In this document: positions 17,788 through 25,501 of the stretch, in pieces
Layout of the letters: every line of letters starts with the position of its first letter
How positions within the stretch are numbered: the stretch's first letter is position 1
NCBI GenBank assembly: GCA_963851055.1
Contig: CAWKMY010000006.1
Coordinates: 78,965 to 142,964 of the forward strand
Direction: 5' to 3'
DNA length: 64,000 nt
From: an uncultured bacterium
GTDB taxonomy: Bacteria > Patescibacteriota > Minisyncoccia > Phycocordibacterales > PALSA-1337
The notes under the pieces: generated by a model
Database searches by the model: none
Seen by the model: only the letters and a program-made list of their open reading frames with translations
What the model was told of the DNA's origin: nothing
Position numbers and translations under genes: made by a program

Positions 17788-18709
17788 TTTTCTTATTATG
17801 AAACTGTTTATGCACGCGTCGGAGCTCACTATCCGTAACGTGAGTGTAAATCTGCGTCGTACTTATATTTGAATGCCCGAGAAGCATCTGAACCGAACGC
17901 AAGTCGGCACCGTTGCCCAGAAGGTCAGTGGCGAACATGTGGCGGATGACGTGAGGCGTAACCTTTTTTGATATGCCGGCCTTGATTGCATAGTGTTTAA
18001 CAATACGTTCCATCGATCTCTTATCCAGTCGGTATTCTTCTTTGTCACGTGAGCCTTCTTTGGCACCTAGACGGACGAATAGAGCATCGTCGACGTCGAC
18101 TCTCTTGTCGAGATACTTCTTTAGGGCACTTTTGGCAACATCAGACAGAAAAACCACACGGACTTTTTCACCTTTGCCGCGAACTGATAATTCATCGGCG
18201 GAGAGGTCTATATCCCGCGATAGGGAACAGAGCTCGGAGACGCGCAAGCCGGTGGAAAATAGAAGCTCGAGAATGGATCGGTCGCGCAGAGTACGTAAAT
18301 CATCACCTTTGGGAGCGGCGAGGAGACGTTTCATTTCGTCAGGTGAAATAAGGTCCAATTGGCGTTCGCCTACCTTTGCCAGCTCTATATATTCAGGTGA
18401 AAGTGTTTTGACTCCGCGCTTAGCCAGATATTTGAGAAATGCTCGCAGAGATATCAGATAATAATTTTGTGTCTTTTTCTTGATAGTATCGCCGGATGAG
18501 CTATTCTCATGGGCTTTCTGACGATTCAGCCATAGGCGAAATTCACGAACCACATCAGCGGTCAAATCTTTCGGGTCATTGATCTTTGCATAGCCCAGAA
18601 AACGCGTCAGATAATGGTCATAATTCTCAACAGTTTTGACGGACCGGCCCCGTTCTATCTCAATGTATTCGAGGAATTCCTGTTTTAGCTCTCGTAGATT
18701 GTGCGACAT
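17783..18709 (-). CDS. xerC: tyrosine recombinase XerC/XerD family
   Basis: HVIRHMFATDLLGNGADLRSVQMLLGHSNISTTQIYTHV. The start at 18709 was chosen because TGtTACAAT lies 6 nt upstream; the ORF track extends to 18766. Confidence 0.85.
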   Translation of the reverse strand: MSHNLRELKQEFLEYIEIERGRSVKTVENYDHYLTRFLGYAKINDPKDLTADVVREFRLWLNRQKAHENSSSGDTIKKKTQNYYLISLRAFLKYLAKRGVKTLSPEYIELAKVGERQLDLISPDEMKRLLAAPKGDDLRTLRDRSILELLFSTGLRVSELCSLSRDIDLSADELSVRGKGEKVRVVFLSDVAKSALKKYLDKRVDVDDALFVRLGAKEGSRDKEEYRLDKRSMERIVKHYAIKAGISKKVTPHVIRHMFATDLLGNGADLRSVQMLLGHSNISTTQIYTHVTDSELRRVHKQFHNKKR

Positions 18710-19167
18710 GGTTCCATTGTAACAATAGGCAACACTTTGAGATACTTGACAAGTATTATATAGCATGCTAGGCTATCGCGCAGATGACCATTGGTAACTA
18801 TCTTGGATTCGAGCGCTTCGTACGCTGAATGCCTGAGTGATCATCAAAAACGCGCCTAACAATAAAGATGGCGCGCGAACAACAAACAAAAGGCACCTAT
18901 GAATAGCCCGCCCAACATGCACTATGTGAACGAGATGAAATTGAGCATTTTCCCCGGCACCAACCACGGCGCCACTATCGGCACCATGGAAACGGCGCGC
19001 CACGCGGCAACTGAATCGAACTGAACGCCGCCGGCGGCCTTATGCTTATCGCTAATCCTTCCTTTAATGGAATGGACCGATAAGCTTTCCAAATTGCACG
19101 AAAAGAGAAAGGACACCGTGAAAACGGCGAAACCATTCTATTAGTTAGGGTCATAATACGGCCCCAC

Positions 19168-19207
19168 TGCCGTCACAGACAAAAGCGAAAGCTCTAGTCT
19201 GTGACGG
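19168..19207. other. perfect 12-bp inverted repeat (GCCGTCACAGAC-N16-GTCTGTGACGGC)
   Basis: Read directly from the sequence. No U-tract follows on either strand, so it is not a canonical terminator. Confidence 0.6.
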
Positions 19208-19234
19208 CAAAAATTATGCCCAATTTTCCATACC

Positions 19235-19263
19235 TTGCCCCAATTACCCATTCATGCTATGAT
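19235..19263 (+). promoter_or_regulatory. rpsO promoter (near-leaderless)
   Basis: TTGCCC, 17 nt spacer, TGcTATGAT. ATG is 9 nt downstream with no SD. Confidence 0.6.
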
Positions 19264-19272
19264 GTTTCAACC

Positions 19273-19539
19273 ATGTTAAGCACAAGACAAAAGACCAAAA
19301 TCATAAAAGAAACAGGAATCCACGACAAGGACACCGGTTCTCCGGAGGTACAGGTTGCCATTTTGACCAAGCGTATAGACGAATTGACCTCTCATTTGCG
19401 CAAGCACAAGAAGGACAATCACTCTCGTCGCGGTCTTCTCGGCATGGTTGCAGATCGTCAAACTCATCTCGTATATTTGAAGAAGAACAATCCTCGCAGG
19501 TATTCAGCTATCATAAAGAAGCTGGATCTGAAGAAATAG
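19273..19539 (+). CDS. rpsO: 30S ribosomal protein S15
   Basis: 88 aa. [39 protein letters not shown]. The ORF-track N-terminal extension was rejected. Confidence 0.95.
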   Translation: MLSTRQKTKIIKETGIHDKDTGSPEVQVAILTKRIDELTSHLRKHKKDNHSRRGLLGMVADRQTHLVYLKKNNPRRYSAIIKKLDLKK

Positions 19540-19607
19540 TCTCTTTTTTAGTCGAGAGTCGGTTAGTTTTTAGGTTCGTGCACATTACAAGTTAATCATT
19601 TTCATAC

Positions 19608-20129
19608 ATGTCAGTAATCAAACATAAGGAACAGCGCGTCGGCATTTTTATCGACGCACAGAATCTCTATCATAGCGGTAAAAATCTATATCATTCGAAG
19701 GTTAATTTTGGCGCAATCGTCAAAGATGCTCTCGATGGTCGTACCAAGCTGGTTCGCGCTATAGCATACGTCATAGCCACGGAAACCGGTGAAGAAACTG
19801 GCTTCTTCGAGGCTCTCACAAAGATGGGTATAGAAACCAAGGTCAAAGATCTTCAAATCTTTAGCTCTGGCGCAAAGAAAGCCGACTGGGACGTTGGCTT
19901 GGCCATCGACGCAGTCAAACTTTCACCAAAGCTCGACACAGTCATTCTCATAACAGGGGACGGTGACTTCGTGCCACTCGTAGAATATCTAAAGATGAAT
20001 GGTTGTCAGGTTGAGGTTGCCTCATTCGGCAAATCCACATCAGCCAAGCTCATAGAAGCGACGGACCATTTCATAGATCTGGATGAATCTTCAAGTAAAT
20101 ATCTTTTAAGAACAGGGGGGAGGAAATAA
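19608..20129 (+). CDS. NYN-domain (LabA/DUF88-like) protein
   Basis: VGIFIDAQNLY...ADWDVGLAIDA...ILITGDGDFVPLVEYL pattern. Confidence 0.8.
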   Translation: MSVIKHKEQRVGIFIDAQNLYHSGKNLYHSKVNFGAIVKDALDGRTKLVRAIAYVIATETGEETGFFEALTKMGIETKVKDLQIFSSGAKKADWDVGLAIDAVKLSPKLDTVILITGDGDFVPLVEYLKMNGCQVEVASFGKSTSAKLIEATDHFIDLDESSSKYLLRTGGRK

Positions 20130-20162
20130 GGTATAATATCTGGACAATATCATCATCAAAAA

Positions 20163-20186
20163 ACTGCGAAGGAGGGCGCAGTTTTT
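20163..20186 (+). terminator. rho-independent terminator
   Basis: CTGCG-aaggaggg-CGCAG followed by TTTTTT. Confidence 0.75.
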
Positions 20187-20222
20187 TAAACCAAACATTA
20201 GTATGAATACAATTGTCGACCG

Positions 20223-20738
20223 GTGCCAAGTGAGATCATTATTAGCAAGATATTATTTATACGAGGAAGAAAAGTTATGCTGGATGCCGATCTGGCAGAA
20301 ATATATCAAGTAAGTACGAGTAATCTGAACTTGGCAGTTAAACGTAACATCTCTAGATTTCCACAGGACTTCATGTTTCAATTGAGTCCAGTCGAATACG
20401 AAAACTTGATATTGCAACTTGCAACATCAAGATGGGGTGGCAGACGTAAGTTACCTTTTGCTTTTACAGAACAGGGTGTGGCAATGCTTTCAAGCGTACT
20501 ACATAGCGATAGGGCAATACAGGTTAATATTCAAATCATCCGAACCTTCATCAAACTTCGTGAGATCTTGGCTGACAACAAGAAGCTGGCGGAGAAAGTC
20601 GAGGTAATGGAAAGAAAATATGACAAACATATATTCAATATATTCGAGACTATAAAACAATTGAGGGGTGAGAGGAAAAAGTTGGCTGTGGAGGAAAAAC
20701 TGAAAGAAAGAATGGGTTTCAGGGTGCCTGGGAAATAG
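20223..20738 (+). CDS. ORF6N/KilA-N-like DNA-binding domain protein
   Basis: IRGRKVMLDADLAEIY...LNLAVKRNISRFPQDFMFQL...WGGRRKLPFAFTEQGVAMLSSVL. GTG start. An ATG at 20203 in another frame suggests a further possible frameshift. Confidence 0.8.
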   Translation: MPSEIIISKILFIRGRKVMLDADLAEIYQVSTSNLNLAVKRNISRFPQDFMFQLSPVEYENLILQLATSRWGGRRKLPFAFTEQGVAMLSSVLHSDRAIQVNIQIIRTFIKLREILADNKKLAEKVEVMERKYDKHIFNIFETIKQLRGERKKLAVEEKLKERMGFRVPGK

Positions 20739-20741
20739 AAA

Positions 20742-20879
20742 CGTACGAGAAAATCGTACGGTTAATCAGATGTCCGAAAAAATCGGACGACTGAAAACTT
20801 GCAGACAGGTTGTGACAAAATGTCACGGACTGAGATGTGCGATAAAAGCGTACAACTGAAAGGGAGGGACAAATTGTCC
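20742..20879. repeat. array of short hairpins with A-rich loops / degenerate tandem repeat
   Basis: CGTACGA-gaaaa-TCGTACG (20742-60). GTCCGA-aaaaa-TCGGAC (20772-88). GTGACA-aaa-TGTCAC (20812-26). GGACA-aat-TGTCC (20867-79). A degenerate tandem unit beginning (C/G)AGATGT...ACTGAAA and ending in G(T/G)GACAAA(A/T)TGTC occurs twice, with unit lengths that differ by an 11-nt indel. Confidence 0.6.
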
Positions 20880-20975
20880 ATACCCTTTTTCCAAATAAAA
20901 CCGCCAGATTTTTTCTGTACCGGACAAGGGATAGGACCTTGCCCGTTCGATTATCATAAGGCCGTCACATGAATC

Positions 20976-21056
20976 TCAATGATTCTTGCGCGGTTTGTTA
21001 ACACGAGGCTTCGGCCGCGGAGGCCTCACGCCTTTTGAACCAGCGATTCCTGGCAT
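20976..21056 (-). CDS. 26-aa Pro/Lys/Arg-rich peptide (paralogue 2): MPGIAGSKGVRPPRPKPRVNKPRKNH
   Basis: ATG is 1 nt after the previous stop. AGGAG lies 9 nt upstream. The N-terminal 17 aa are conserved with paralogue 1, mostly through synonymous changes. Confidence 0.7.
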   Translation of the reverse strand: MPGIAGSKGVRPPRPKPRVNKPRKNH

Positions 21057-21057
21057 G

Positions 21058-21126
21058 TTACTTCTCTCCTTTCTTCGGCTTGGGTTTGGGCGGCCGAACA
21101 CCCTTTGATCCTGCTAGACCTGGCAT
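21058..21126 (-). CDS. 22-aa Pro/Lys-rich peptide (paralogue 1): MPGLAGSKGVRPPKPKPKKGEK
   Basis: ATG is embedded in the last codons of the rSAM gene (13-nt overlap). AGGAG lies 12 nt upstream. Confidence 0.7.
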   Translation of the reverse strand: MPGLAGSKGVRPPKPKPKKGEK

Positions 21127-22115
21127 ATGCGTTCATTTCTCCTTTCTACGAGCGGCGTAATTTCAGACCACACCGCAAGTTCCTTTTCGTTTTGTTTCCG
21201 AAGTTTTACAAAGAAGTTTTCATTCACATCGTCTTTTGGCCATTCTGGACCGTAAGTCGGCGGTGTGTAGAAAACTCCATCCCAATGCAGGGCGAGCTTA
21301 ACTATCGAGACCAGACTGACTGGTCGGTATATGATAATGGTTCTGGAAGGCAGGGTCGTTTTTAGACAATCCCCATCTTCCTCGTCCATCTCCCATTCAT
21401 ATCGAGCCAATATGTTCTTCAGAATGGCTACATATTCTGCGCTATAGATATTGATGAGCTTCGGCATACCATCCACCAGTTTCAAGAATGCCTGACGTAA
21501 CCGATCCTCGGAGGAAAAAGTTGCTTTTCCTCTCTTGGTCGGTTCTGGCAGATTCCAGACTGGCGTTGAGGTCATGGGTATATCGTGAAGCGTGAGAAGT
21601 TCCTCGAATTTTTCCCACTCATCCATGGTGATCGGTGATATGGCGGCAGAGATGATCGGATCAAGCCCTTGTTCTTTCAGGGCAAGCACCGTCTTCCAAG
21701 CCATATCGAAGAGACCTTTCCGATTTCTTTGTGCATCGTGATGCTCTTTCCACCCATCAATCGAAATGTTGATTGATTGCCAGTGAGGAAGGAACTCAGG
21801 ATAGTCGAGAATGGTAAGACCATTATCAACGATTCCCATATACGATGTCGCGCGCTCCTTGAGCACCATGCGAAGAAATTCGGCACCCCGATCATTCAGA
21901 ATTCTCCCTACAAAGAATAGAGGAACTCCGAGTGATTTCAGATATGCGACTGGATTGCTCCAGTCCTGTGCGTGAGCACGTTCCAAATCATGTGGCCAGT
22001 AGCAATGTTCGCAGGCGAGGTTACATTTTGGCTCTGTCGTCGCAAATACACGAAGGGTTTTAAGCCTTTGTGCGTCTGCAAGAGCGCCATTTCGCCATTG
22101 TTCAATAAGTTTCAT
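21114..22115 (-). CDS. radical SAM protein (333 aa)
   Basis: CNLACEHC is a CX3CX2C motif. IVDNG and INISIDG beta-strand motifs are typical of the rSAM core. AAAGGAG lies 5 nt upstream of the ATG. Confidence 0.85.
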   Translation of the reverse strand: MKLIEQWRNGALADAQRLKTLRVFATTEPKCNLACEHCYWPHDLERAHAQDWSNPVAYLKSLGVPLFFVGRILNDRGAEFLRMVLKERATSYMGIVDNGLTILDYPEFLPHWQSINISIDGWKEHHDAQRNRKGLFDMAWKTVLALKEQGLDPIISAAISPITMDEWEKFEELLTLHDIPMTSTPVWNLPEPTKRGKATFSSEDRLRQAFLKLVDGMPKLINIYSAEYVAILKNILARYEWEMDEEDGDCLKTTLPSRTIIIYRPVSLVSIVKLALHWDGVFYTPPTYGPEWPKDDVNENFFVKLRKQNEKELAVWSEITPLVERRNERICQV

Positions 22116-22253
22116 TGTGACTCCTTTTGTTAAAGTGCTGTTTGTTGACTAGTGTTAATTTATATTGTTTCAGTATTTAAATATATTTTTCCTCAAAAAT
22201 TACCCTATATGCACAAAGAGGCTATATTTTAAGGGGTATTTTGATTATTCAAT

Positions 22254-22282
22254 TTGACATAAAAAGTGTCATTTGATAGGAT
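22254..22282 (+). promoter_or_regulatory. promoter/operator of TrmB-like copy 2
   Basis: TTGACA at 22254-59. Inverted repeat TGACA-N7-TGTCA at 22255-22271. TAGGAT lies 6 nt from ATG 22289. Confidence 0.5.
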
Positions 22283-22288
22283 ATAAGC

Positions 22289-23113
22289 ATGTTTGAACAG
22301 AAAATAATAGACTTTCTCAAGCTAAGCAAGAATGAGGTACGGGCATTGGAGTACTTAAATGGCCATCCTGATGCTCAGATTTCTGATGTATCACAGGAGC
22401 TAAAAATACCCAGAATGACTGTATACCTAATCCTCAACTCACTAAAGGCCCGCGGCTTAGCAGATTATCTAAGAAAAGGTAAAAGGAGATTTTGGAATAT
22501 AGTGAGTGGATCAAAGATGGTCGCTGACATTATGGGCGCAACATATTCTTTAACAGAAACAGGCGAAATCCGCATCAATGCGAAAAATTCTGGCTTTGCT
22601 ATTCATCAAGGGCTGAAAGGTATGTACAAAGTTTGGGAGGAATTGCAGAAATTGTCTCCAAATTCTCGCGTATATGGAATCCAACCGACATCAGCAATGA
22701 AATACGCTCTAAAAAGATTGGACTGGCACGAGAAGATAGGACCGCTTCAGGAAAGCATATTGAAGAAACCGGTGATAATAGACGGCGTATTACCAGAGGA
22801 TTACTATCCATTCTTTGTCCAACACTATTCTTATGATAAAAAGCTCCAAAGAAAAATGCTGGAAAGCTTTTTGGGCAGAGGCACCGATATGACATTCACA
22901 TCAGACCAATATTTCAAAGAGGCCGAGTCCGAACTCATCATATTGCCTAATGTCGCTTATCTGTCAGATTGGAAAAATGAAATATCTATAGAGATCCGAA
23001 ATCCTGCCATGCTTCATTTCTTAAAAGAACTGTACGATCTAGCAAAAGGCTATGGACGTAAAGTTAATCAAGAAGAATACATAAGAGGCCTGTTATCTAA
23101 ATTGCCAAAATAG
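22289..23113 (+). CDS. TrmB-family HTH transcriptional regulator (copy 2)
   Basis: LSKNEVRALEYLNGHPDAQISDVSQELKIPRMTVYLILNSLKARGLADY. Divergent from the rSAM-peptide operon. Confidence 0.75.
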   Translation: MFEQKIIDFLKLSKNEVRALEYLNGHPDAQISDVSQELKIPRMTVYLILNSLKARGLADYLRKGKRRFWNIVSGSKMVADIMGATYSLTETGEIRINAKNSGFAIHQGLKGMYKVWEELQKLSPNSRVYGIQPTSAMKYALKRLDWHEKIGPLQESILKKPVIIDGVLPEDYYPFFVQHYSYDKKLQRKMLESFLGRGTDMTFTSDQYFKEAESELIILPNVAYLSDWKNEISIEIRNPAMLHFLKELYDLAKGYGRKVNQEEYIRGLLSKLPK

Positions 23114-23161
23114 AATTTGGAAAGGTAATGTGCTACATTAAAAGCGTACATTAACAATTAA

Positions 23162-23234
23162 TTCGCCTCCGGATAAGCAGGTTTGAAACTTCGCGCAAAA
23201 CGCGACCTATTCAAAGCTGAAATCTGTAGGCGAA
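23162..23234 (+). promoter_or_regulatory. nested stem-loop in the pnp leader
   Basis: TTCGCCT/AGGCGAA encloses TTTGAA/TTCAAA, which encloses TCGCG-caaaa-CGCGA. Confidence 0.4.
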
Positions 23235-23269
23235 AGGACCGATAATAAAGCGCGGCTCACAACCTAAGT

Positions 23270-25468
23270 ATGACAAAAAAAGAATACACTTAGAAGTCGG
23301 CGGCAAGAAGCTCGTGGCCGAATTCAATGATCTCGCTGACCAAGCCAATGGCTCTGTCCTATTGCGCTATGGCAACACAGCCGTCATGGCCACGGCCGTC
23401 ATGGGCGGACTGCGCGATGGAGACTTTTTTCCGCTCACTGTTGACTATGAGGAAAGATTCTACGCTACTGGCAGGATACTTGGCTCACGATTTATGCGTA
23501 GGGAAGGCAGACCTTCTACGGAAGCAATCCTCTCCGGTCGCATAGTCGATCGCACCATTCGTCCTCTATTCAATCAGAAGATGCGCAATGAGGTACAGGT
23601 AGTCATCACAACTCTCGCTATAGATCAGGATGATCCTGATATTTCAGCTGTTATAGCTGCATCTTTAGCGCTCGGCGTTTCTGACATTCCTTGGAATGGA
23701 CCAGCTTCAGCTGTACGTATCTGTAAGAATTCGGAACTGCTCATCAATCCTGATTTCAAAGCTCGTGAGGAAGCGGGTATAAGTATAGACATGATAGCTT
23801 GCGGTAAAGATGGGATGATCAACATGATCGAGGTCGGTAGTAAAGAAGTCGATGAGGGTTTGGTCAATGAATCATTGGCTCTAGCCTCTGCTGAAATAGA
23901 GAAGATCCAAAATTGGCAGAAGATGATCATAAAAGATATTGGTAAGAAGAAAGCCGAGGTTGAATTGCCTGAAGCTACGCCAGGTACAAAAGAATTGTTC
24001 GACAAGGAGATAAAGCCAACTCTCATTAAGAGCCTATTCAGCAATACACCTGAGGGTGGCAAGAAAAGATTCCAGGATGTTACTGATTCTTGGATGAAAC
24101 TCTTCGAGGAAAAATTTCCTGAAGGACATAAGGGTATGGCTATGGAAATAATGGAGGAGACAGTCAATGAAGTCATCCACGATGAGGCTATAGACAATGA
24201 AAAGCGCGCTGATGGACGCGGTTTGGACGAGATAAGACCGCTATTCGTAAAGGCCGGAGGCGTTTCAGCAGATACTCCACGGTTCAGGCATATTCTATCG
24301 CGGTGGCACACACGTTCTCTCAACTTTGACCCTCGGCTCCCCTGGGGACGCCCTCATCATCGAGGGACTGACCGTAGAGGAAAACAAGCGTTTCATGCAC
24401 CATTACAACTTCCCGCCATTCTCGACAGGCGAAACCGGCAGGATCGGCGGAACAAATCGTCGCATGATCGGTCACGGCGCATTGGCGGAGAAAGCATTGT
24501 TTCCTGTCATCCCAACAAAAGATAAATTCCCTTACACCATCCGCCTCGTCTCTGAAGCCATGGCCTCGAATGGTTCGACTTCTATGGGATCTGTTTGCGG
24601 TTCCACATTAGCGTTGATGGATGGAGGTGTTCCGATAACTGCGCCAGTCGCAGGCATTGCTAGCGGGTTGATGATGAGGAAAAAAGGAAAAGTTGGCGCC
24701 GGAAATAGGAGTGATGTGGAAAATTTTGATTACAAGCTCCTCACTGATATCCAAGGTCCAGAAGATCATCATGGAGACATGGACTTCAAAGTCGCAGGCA
24801 CACGAAAAGGTATAACGGCCGTTCAGATGGACGTGAAGGTTGGAGGAATTCCCTTGAAGATTCTCGGCGAAGCTTTCATCAAAGCGAAAGCCGCACGTCT
24901 AAAGATCCTCGACCTTATAGAAAAAGAAATCTCCGCTCCTCGTGCAAAGATTTCTCCGAATGCTCCTGAAATCCTGACTTTGAAGATAAAGCCTGAACAA
25001 ATCGGCCTCGTTATCGGCACTGGTGGCAAAACCATCAACGAGATTCGCGACATTACTCATGTTGAAGACATAACCATAGAAGATGATGGTTCAGTATTCA
25101 TTACAGGAAAAGCCGGCACTGCCGAAAAGGCCCGGGACCTCATAGCCGGCATGACTCGTGAATATATGCCTGGCGAGAAATTCGATGGGGAAGTGACACG
25201 TCTCATGGACTTCGGCTTCTTCGTAAAGATTGGGCCAAATGCCGAAGGCATGGTCCACGTCTCTGAGATGGCTCCATTCCGCGTCGAGCGTGTTGAGACA
25301 TATGTAAAGGAAGGCGATAAGGTGCCGGTCGTGGTCAAAGAGATAGACGAAAAGGGTCGCATCAATCTGTCAGTCAAACAAGCTAATAATGCATTCTTCA
25401 CCCAGAAGCCGGAAACTCCTAGGCCGCCGAGGCCGATGAGCGACCGCGGACCGAGGAGGAGGTTTTAG
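23270..25468 (+). pseudogene. pnp: polyribonucleotide nucleotidyltransferase (PNPase), two frameshifts (about 23290 and about 24280)
   Basis: MTKKEYT | LEVGGKKLVAEFNDLADQANGSV...; ...KAGGVSADT | HGSGIFYRGGTHVLS...; KH and S1 domains at the C-terminus (GKTINEIRD, GEKFDGEVTRLMDFGFFV). Confidence 0.9.
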
Positions 25469-25501
25469 AAAAATCTTGGGTTTTTAAGCTATAATAGTCC
25501 T

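Noticed and set aside
17783-18766. XerC-like gene as a phage or ICE integrase marking a mobile island
   Set aside because: There is no adjacent tRNA attachment site, direct repeats or cargo. It is flanked by xth and rpsO, which is consistent with a chromosome-dimer resolution recombinase.
18975-19055. Cluster of rare restriction sites (NarI, NcoI, AscI, NaeI-like) resembling a polylinker, raising possible vector contamination
   Set aside because: No other vector features are present, and the flanks are continuous with native-looking sequence. It is more likely a GC-rich patch. I did not pursue it.
18773-19116. Two overlapping minus-strand ORFs (76 and 64 aa)
   Set aside because: No start signals and low-complexity sequence. 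I kept the tract as unexplained non-coding DNA.
16291-19207. tmRNA, RNase P RNA or SRP RNA in the long non-coding tracts (also tested for 58366-58697)
   Set aside because: I searched both strands by eye for GGAAAGTCC/ACAGAA..GGCTTA (RNase P), GGTCCGGAAGGAAGCAGC (SRP), and a tRNA-like GGTTCGA.TCC 3' domain with an Ala-tag ORF (tmRNA). None was found. An Infernal scan would be decisive.
21019-21127. Alternative 36-aa reading (MNAYARSSRIKGCSAAQTQAEERREVTCQESLVQKA) across the twin-peptide region on the minus strand
   Set aside because: Its ATG is only 3 nt from the AGGAG. It is not duplicated or conserved between the two halves. The synonymous-substitution pattern supports the MPG... frame instead.
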